Assembly: GCA_002772995.1 (NCBI GenBank) | Contig: PFCO01000009.1 | Span: forward strand, 22,876 to 86,875 | Length of the DNA: 64,000 nt | Direction: 5' to 3' | Origin: Candidatus Niyogibacteria bacterium CG10_big_fil_rev_8_21_14_0_10_46_36 | GTDB taxonomy: Bacteria > Patescibacteriota > Minisyncoccia > 1-14-0-10-42-19 | In this document: one piece after another, positions 58,611 through 64,000 of the stretch | Layout of the letters: each line of letters starts with the position of its first letter | Numbering within the stretch: the stretch's first letter is position 1 | Program-made: the position numbers and the translations under genes | Notes under the pieces: generated by a model | Seen by the model: only the letters and a program-made list of their open reading frames with translations | What the model was told of the DNA's origin: nothing | Databases searched by the model: none

Positions 58611-59087
58611 ATGGCACAATCGTCATTTTCAAAAACGCTTTCGAGATATGACGGGGCATTCGTGCGCTTCTGCAAGCGTGAATATGTACACCTGCTCCGC
58701 ATCGCTCTTTTTCTTGTATATTTTTGGTTTGGTTTTTTGAAAGCAATAGATCTAAGCCCTGCGCATCCGCTTGTGCAGTCTCTCTTTGAGCGCACTATTC
58801 ATTTTATGCCATATGATATGTTCTACGTCCTGTTCGCTATATTTGAAATGGTTATCGGCATCCTCTTTTTGATGCCAAAGCTTGAGCGTGTAGCACTGAC
58901 TCTTTTGGCACTCCACCTGGTTACTACCGTCCTTCCATTATTCCTCCTGCCAGAAACAACCTGGCAAGGGCTATTTATCCCCACGCTTGAAGGACAATAT
59001 ATCATAAAAAATGTGCTCATTATCGCAGCAGCTATTGCCCTTGCCGCAACTCTTTCTCCAGCGCGCAAAACAAAAACGCAGAGCTAA
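58611..59087 (+). CDS. DoxX/DUF417-like membrane protein
   Basis: LLRIAL..VYFWFG.LK, SPA, FEM.IG, TLEGQYIIKN; ATG 58611 is 7 nt after TATGAT. Confidence 0.85.
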   Translation: MAQSSFSKTLSRYDGAFVRFCKREYVHLLRIALFLVYFWFGFLKAIDLSPAHPLVQSLFERTIHFMPYDMFYVLFAIFEMVIGILFLMPKLERVALTLLALHLVTTVLPLFLLPETTWQGLFIPTLEGQYIIKNVLIIAAAIALAATLSPARKTKTQS

Positions 59088-59117
59088 TCTCCGCGTTTTT
59101 CGTACATAGCACTCTTA

Positions 59118-59432
59118 TTATAGCGATGGGTCAGAGATCGCGGGCGCTTCCAAAATATCTTCCAACAACAACTCATTATGAGAAAGCGTGAACAAAATAT
59201 GATCAAGCGCTTTTTCGTTTACCTTGTCGAGATGAACATCTATACCATTCACTTGATCAGGCGTAATGGTGTGGGCGGTATCAAGATAGATAGAAATATT
59301 GGCAACGAGCACAAATATCAGGAAAAGAAACGCAAAGAGAACAAACGCACCCCAATATCCCCGCGGAGACCCGCTTAATATAGAAAATAGCTTGTGCGGA
59401 ATATATTTAATTTTTTCTGTGAGTTGTTCCAT
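59118..59432 (-). CDS. Single-TM pilus-associated protein (PilP position)
   Basis: Directly follows the pilO-like gene; one TM; C-terminal DP motif. Confidence 0.65.
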   Translation of the reverse strand: MEQLTEKIKYIPHKLFSILSGSPRGYWGAFVLFAFLFLIFVLVANISIYLDTAHTITPDQVNGIDVHLDKVNEKALDHILFTLSHNELLLEDILEAPAISDPSL

Positions 59433-59433
59433 G

Positions 59434-59961
59434 TTATGGCAATTGTGATAAAAAGCTCAATACTGTAAGCCGGATAGTTGCCGCCCATCCCGGCCCTTCT
59501 GCCGAACTTCTTTTGTTTATATTCACTAAATCAATTGATATCTGGAACGGCATCACCTCAAGCACCTTGATATAACGGTACAGCGCATCAAAGCTTCCTT
59601 CGAGATGCAGCTGTATTTCCGGACCACGGGCAGCTGATGCCGTCGGTAAGGATGCGCTTTCTACCTCCAGCTCAACACCGAGCTCGCGCGCGCGCGCTTC
59701 AAACGATTCTATAACACGGACCACAGAGCGTTCGTTGATAAATACGCTGTCTATTTCGTCTTTTCTTTGCTGCACTTCGTCAAAAAGTATCTCCAGGTCT
59801 TTCAGGTTTTGCTGACGCACCCCCATTCTTTCTATCTCCGTTTGAATATCAACCAGATGCTGCTGTTTTTCAGAAATTTTCGCTACAAAAAATCTACCAA
59901 GCCACGCAAGAAAGGCTAGAAGAACAATAACACCTATAATAATGGTGATTGATTTTCTCAT
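59434..59961 (-). CDS. PilO-like type IV pilus assembly protein
   Basis: TM + coiled coil + LEGSF..L..Y...LE.MP; order pilM-N-O. Confidence 0.8.
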   Translation of the reverse strand: MRKSITIIIGVIVLLAFLAWLGRFFVAKISEKQQHLVDIQTEIERMGVRQQNLKDLEILFDEVQQRKDEIDSVFINERSVVRVIESFEARARELGVELEVESASLPTASAARGPEIQLHLEGSFDALYRYIKVLEVMPFQISIDLVNINKRSSAEGPGWAATIRLTVLSFLSQLP

Positions 59962-60533
59962 TCTACATCAGGCGAACGAAGTAATGATTCTACGACATTA
60001 AACGTAAGGGTGAATTCTATATTTGATTCTTCCAAAAAATTAGAAATAGGTGAACGCACATTTTCTATCATCGCGTCTCCATCAAGCGCGTCGCTAAGCG
60101 CCAAAAGCGTGCTTCTGTCGCGAGCAACACCCTCTATTCTGAATTGCGGAACCGCACCCAATCCTTGGGGAAATGTGTACGAAAAGAACGAAAGAGACAC
60201 CCCCGAACCTACATGCGAAAGGACAGCCTCAATGATACGGGATGTCAGTAATATGTCACTACTATTTCGCTCATATGCATCAAGTTTTCCATTCAGGGAG
60301 GACAGGCTGTCTTCTATTTCTTCAACATGCATAAGAAGCGGCGACTGCCTCACGATATTTAATTGTTCTTCAAGCTCATCCTCCTGCAGTGCTAAGGTTA
60401 CCCACGGGATCCATAAAAGAAGAATAGCAATACACGCAATAAGCGCGATAATAATACCGGAAACAACAACAAACCGTACAAAACGCTCTTGCGCAAGATG
60501 ATGTTTTGCTTTTTCCGGAAGAAGATTAATCAT
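59958..60533 (-). CDS. PilN-like type IV pilus assembly protein
   Basis: N-terminal INLLP motif, TM, coiled coil, I.G.A..R..L. Confidence 0.85.
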   Translation of the reverse strand: MINLLPEKAKHHLAQERFVRFVVVSGIIIALIACIAILLLWIPWVTLALQEDELEEQLNIVRQSPLLMHVEEIEDSLSSLNGKLDAYERNSSDILLTSRIIEAVLSHVGSGVSLSFFSYTFPQGLGAVPQFRIEGVARDRSTLLALSDALDGDAMIENVRSPISNFLEESNIEFTLTFNVVESLLRSPDVE

Positions 60534-61626
60534 AATCAAAAGAACGGAGCGCTGCACCAACCGCAGAGCCATACATTAATGATTCGTGGAATGTAATCTC
60601 AGGGATGTATTCTTCAAAAGAAACGACATTTGTCCAGACATTGGCATGTTCCACGGGGATATGAATATTGTGAGAAAGATATTCGGAAAGACCGAGCAGG
60701 TTGGAATCTCCTCCGCATAAAAATATTTTTTTAATGGGGCCGTATTTTGCTCCTCCATGAAGCCCCGGCGCATGCGTCTCCCAAAAAGACACATATCGTT
60801 CTAGTTCGTCCCGCACCGCAGAAATAACAGGCAGAATTTCATGAAATATTTTTTTATCACTCATGCCGGCAATATTAAAATTTGCTTTTTTTATCCGCTC
60901 CGCTTCAGCAAGCGAAACGGCCATTTTTTCAGAAATTATCCGGTCAATATCTTTCCCCGCAACGGCAACGGTTGAGGTAAAACGAACCTGTCCTTCGTGC
61001 GCGATGATGAAAGTGGTGCGGGTTTTGCCAAAATCAATGATTAAAAACGGATCCTTCTCGCCCCGGGGAATAACAGCGCGCGCAAGCGCCTGCACCTCCG
61101 CATCGAAAGCCAGGGGGACAAGTCCTGCTTTCTCCACCGCATTGTAGTAACTCTCCACAAGCGCGTACGGGAACGAAATCATGGCAACTTCAAGCTGCTT
61201 CTTTCCTTTTTCGGATGCTTTCACATGAAGCACTTCAAAATCAAACACCGCCTCTTCCACCGGGAGAGGAACATATTCTGAGAATTGAGCCTCAAGCGCC
61301 GTTCGTATTTCTGTATTATGCATCGCCGGCAATTCTACTATATTCATATAGCCCTTCTCTTCTGGAAGAGTCAAATACACATATCGGACGCCAAATGGCT
61401 TGCACACTTCCCGCAAAAACGATGCGAGTTCTTCCGGTTTTTTTACTTCTCCCGACTCAATAATACCTTTCGGGATGGTTTTTTTACCGGATGCCGCAAT
61501 ACGAACACCATGCTTGAATGGCTCAAGCTTTATAAATTTAAGCGTCTCATCAGAAATATCCAAGCCGAATGCGGGCATAGTGAGATACGCTGGAGGCGGA
61601 AATTGTTTGTATAAAAATGAAAACAT
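60526..61626 (-). CDS. pilM: Type IV pilus assembly actin-like protein PilM
   Basis: GLDISD..LK, P.G.I..G, IDFG..RT, LCGG.S.L.GL, AVG.ALR. Confidence 0.92.
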   Translation of the reverse strand: MFSFLYKQFPPPAYLTMPAFGLDISDETLKFIKLEPFKHGVRIAASGKKTIPKGIIESGEVKKPEELASFLREVCKPFGVRYVYLTLPEEKGYMNIVELPAMHNTEIRTALEAQFSEYVPLPVEEAVFDFEVLHVKASEKGKKQLEVAMISFPYALVESYYNAVEKAGLVPLAFDAEVQALARAVIPRGEKDPFLIIDFGKTRTTFIIAHEGQVRFTSTVAVAGKDIDRIISEKMAVSLAEAERIKKANFNIAGMSDKKIFHEILPVISAVRDELERYVSFWETHAPGLHGGAKYGPIKKIFLCGGDSNLLGLSEYLSHNIHIPVEHANVWTNVVSFEEYIPEITFHESLMYGSAVGAALRSFDYD

Positions 61627-61660
61627 GTAATGATACGCGCCCCAATAAGAACAACGGATT

Positions 61661-63079
61661 TTAGTCAACTTCTTCCCACTGCTTGAATTCGTACTCGTTT
61701 GAAGTAGCAGGCAAAAACGCGGGGGGCTCAAAACTCATTTCGGGGTCATATGTGTTCTCTCGCTTATCAAATCCGGAGACCCAAACACCTGAGGATGTCC
61801 ACTTTGTTCCCACCCGGCCGTTGCTGACAACCGAACCGAATATCTCAAGTTTTTCGCGCTTGTGATAGGGACTGTATGTTGTTGGATAATGGTTTCTTCC
61901 AAAATGCCCCGTCTGCGCTATAAATACCCCCTGGAGTTCCATGCTATCAGGCACCTGCAATCCAATGAGATTGTTGTGCTGCGCGATAAGCACAAAGCCG
62001 TCGGTTTCCGGATCTGCGTATGTCACATCCCCATTAATCCAAATGTCTGTTTCTTTGTTAGGGTCGGTAAGATCTGCCGACACAAGGGTTATTTTTCCGT
62101 TCACCCTGCTTTCGATTGAAGAACTTCCTATCCACAATGTATCTTCTACAAAAACAGCGCCACAGTCGGAAGGAACTGGAAAATTTCCCAGAAATGTTTC
62201 CGCGCCAATCACAGAATATTCATCGTGCCATCCGGTTTCGGTATTATAGGCATCTATGGCATTTACCGCAGTAACCATCCAAACATCAATAGTCCTATCT
62301 TCTTTTAATATAACATGATACCCATACTCTCCCGAAGGCGCGAAATACAATCCTCCGCCTCCTTGCGTTATCGCTTTTATCTCTGCAAGATCAACAGTTA
62401 TCCCATTAAAATCAAATGTAGAAACGGGGAAGCGCCATAAGTCGCTGTTTTCCCCTGCCCCAAACACGCCGTCCTGGTTTTGTGATGGATTACATCCAAA
62501 AGAGCTGGTACAAAGCCATGTTTCTTTTGAAGAGGTAACTAACGAATTATTTTCTCCGTCCATGCGGATACCGCCATTTGAGTGGTATGGCCCTTTTATT
62601 TCACGATCAGCGCCTGCCCAGACATTATCATTCAAAAGAAAAGAAAAATCCGCCACAGTCGGTCGAACATACTTCACTGAAACGGTTCGCTTTACATCGG
62701 GGTGATCTACCGTCCATCCGGTAGAAACAAGCTGCGCTCCCGACACAACACCGCAACTCATATTTCCGGATACCTCCAAACTAAAGTATCCAAGAAGTCC
62801 GCCCTCCGGATCATGATATTCGTGCACATACGGACCTCCGCCCCCCGTTCCATCTTGCAGATCCTCAGGATCATGCGCTAAATGCCACCGGTAGTAATTC
62901 ACTCCCGCTTCAGCTATTTCGAGCGCTTCGGCATATGAAACCCGTTCAAGAGACTGGCGGTGCTGCAATCCAATAAATCCGAGCGAACCCCCCAAAAGCA
63001 TGACAAAAATAGAGCCGAACACAATCACCAAGACCACGACTATGCCTGCATTTTTTTGTAATGGCACGCTCTTTCTCAT
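61661..63079 (-). CDS. PilX-like minor pilin with large C-terminal domain
   Basis: G|IVVVLVIVF N-terminus, A..IAEAG..Y, C-terminal YD....PP..P....W.E. Confidence 0.82.
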   Translation of the reverse strand: MRKSVPLQKNAGIVVVLVIVFGSIFVMLLGGSLGFIGLQHRQSLERVSYAEALEIAEAGVNYYRWHLAHDPEDLQDGTGGGGPYVHEYHDPEGGLLGYFSLEVSGNMSCGVVSGAQLVSTGWTVDHPDVKRTVSVKYVRPTVADFSFLLNDNVWAGADREIKGPYHSNGGIRMDGENNSLVTSSKETWLCTSSFGCNPSQNQDGVFGAGENSDLWRFPVSTFDFNGITVDLAEIKAITQGGGGLYFAPSGEYGYHVILKEDRTIDVWMVTAVNAIDAYNTETGWHDEYSVIGAETFLGNFPVPSDCGAVFVEDTLWIGSSSIESRVNGKITLVSADLTDPNKETDIWINGDVTYADPETDGFVLIAQHNNLIGLQVPDSMELQGVFIAQTGHFGRNHYPTTYSPYHKREKLEIFGSVVSNGRVGTKWTSSGVWVSGFDKRENTYDPEMSFEPPAFLPATSNEYEFKQWEEVD

Positions 63080-64000
63080 AAATTTGTTTTTAGATTGCGA
63101 AGCTGTACATCGCTTTCCAATTCAAAACTTTTTGGAGCGCTTGCCGGATCCACATTGATAATAAGGAATACCCTCATGAGCGTCGTTTCTTCGGGACGCG
63201 CAGGAGTTTCAGTAATTTCGTCTCCATTTTGGTCAAAGTATTGAAACAGGGGCGTTGTTGTCCCGTTTACTACATATTGGGAAACAATAGTTACTACTTC
63301 GTTTACCGTGTCATATGTTGTGGGCACACCGGTCGGATTCGTTATTCCTTTTTGAAAGATCGCCTCACTCCCGACTACATGTTCTGTTATTGTAAGATCA
63401 AAACGCACCTTCATTGCATGATTCGGCTCTATCCAATCACAAATGTCATTTACACCTGATGTTGAATTGGCAATAAAGTCGATATTTCCATCAGCAGCAT
63501 AATCGCTTACATCAAACGAAAGGGACCCGCCCCACGCCGCAGAACAATCAACGCAGCCGCCATTACATATTCTGTCCAAAAGAACGCCGTCCGCATACAC
63601 ATTTGCATATTCATTACCTGATCCAAAGTCGCCCTCAACACTTACCGTTACTCCTGCTGACTCCAAGATACCGCCCTGCAAAAAATTAGAAAATGAAACA
63701 TTGCAGGACCCGCCATCTACAAATGTCACGCATTCTTTTGTAATGGTGGTTGTAGTAGCGCTCCCGATAAAATAACGCACTCGCTCAACCAAATCATCCT
63801 TATCTACATCACTATAAAAAACAAACTCATTGTCGGTTGCTTCTCCTATGAGATATGCGCCATCCTCCCCGGTCTGGGCTTCGCGTATCTCACGCACCAT
63901 GGTTTCTACACCCCGGCGCGCTTCGTTCACTGCATCTGCCTGCTGGAACGCGAATCGCTGAGTCCGGTACAATACGACCACAAATGTTACAATGGCAATC
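63076..64000 (-). CDS. PilW-like minor pilin, 5' end outside window
   Basis: AR...E.M.REIR.A, F.YFD.NG, L...V.LRN C-terminus; Cys-rich insert. Confidence 0.78.
   Translation of the reverse strand, partial: IAIVTFVVVLYRTQRFAFQQADAVNEARRGVETMVREIREAQTGEDGAYLIGEATDNEFVFYSDVDKDDLVERVRYFIGSATTTTITKECVTFVDGGSCNVSFSNFLQGGILESAGVTVSVEGDFGSGNEYANVYADGVLLDRICNGGCVDCSAAWGGSLSFDVSDYAADGNIDFIANSTSGVNDICDWIEPNHAMKVRFDLTITEHVVGSEAIFQKGITNPTGVPTTYDTVNEVVTIVSQYVVNGTTTPLFQYFDQNGDEITETPARPEETTLMRVFLIINVDPASAPKSFELESDVQLRNLKTNL

Overview
64 kb of a streamlined bacterial chromosome, most likely Patescibacteria/CPR (Parcubacteria-like). This is inferred from no uL30 between rpsE and rplO, a compact ValRS, a split ComEC, a lid-less Adk and type IV pilus genes; TGA is used as a stop, so the code is standard. 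The window holds about 75 CDS, mostly on the minus strand: an isolated rpsE-rplO-secY-adk-map fragment, metK, rpoD-dnaG, lemA-htpX, groES-groEL with a CIRCE, divergent uvrA/uvrC, thiI, a recJ-HD-rnhA-comEC-guaB-SDR-comEC(MBL)-prs-ndk run, rplS, tsaD-valS-prsW-hsp20, sod and a pilW/X-pilMNO cluster. There are also 9 tRNAs. I saw no CRISPR array, integrase, transposase or rRNA. The most notable unexplained structure is in the gene leaders. Many core genes start 6-9 nt after a -10 box with no Shine-Dalgarno. In contrast, stand-alone accessory genes wedged between them have a strong GGAGG that is often preceded by a boxA-like motif (e.g. GTTCTTTAAAAA, GATCTTTTCCAA). Other leads are a possible DNA-uptake/nucleotide-salvage cluster, a ~120 bp tRNA-Glu-derived mini-element beside a GNAT gene, a palindrome overlapping tRNA-Val, an atypical tRNA-Phe and a PTPS-III-like QueD homologue. 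All calls come from manual motif recognition; no database searches were run.
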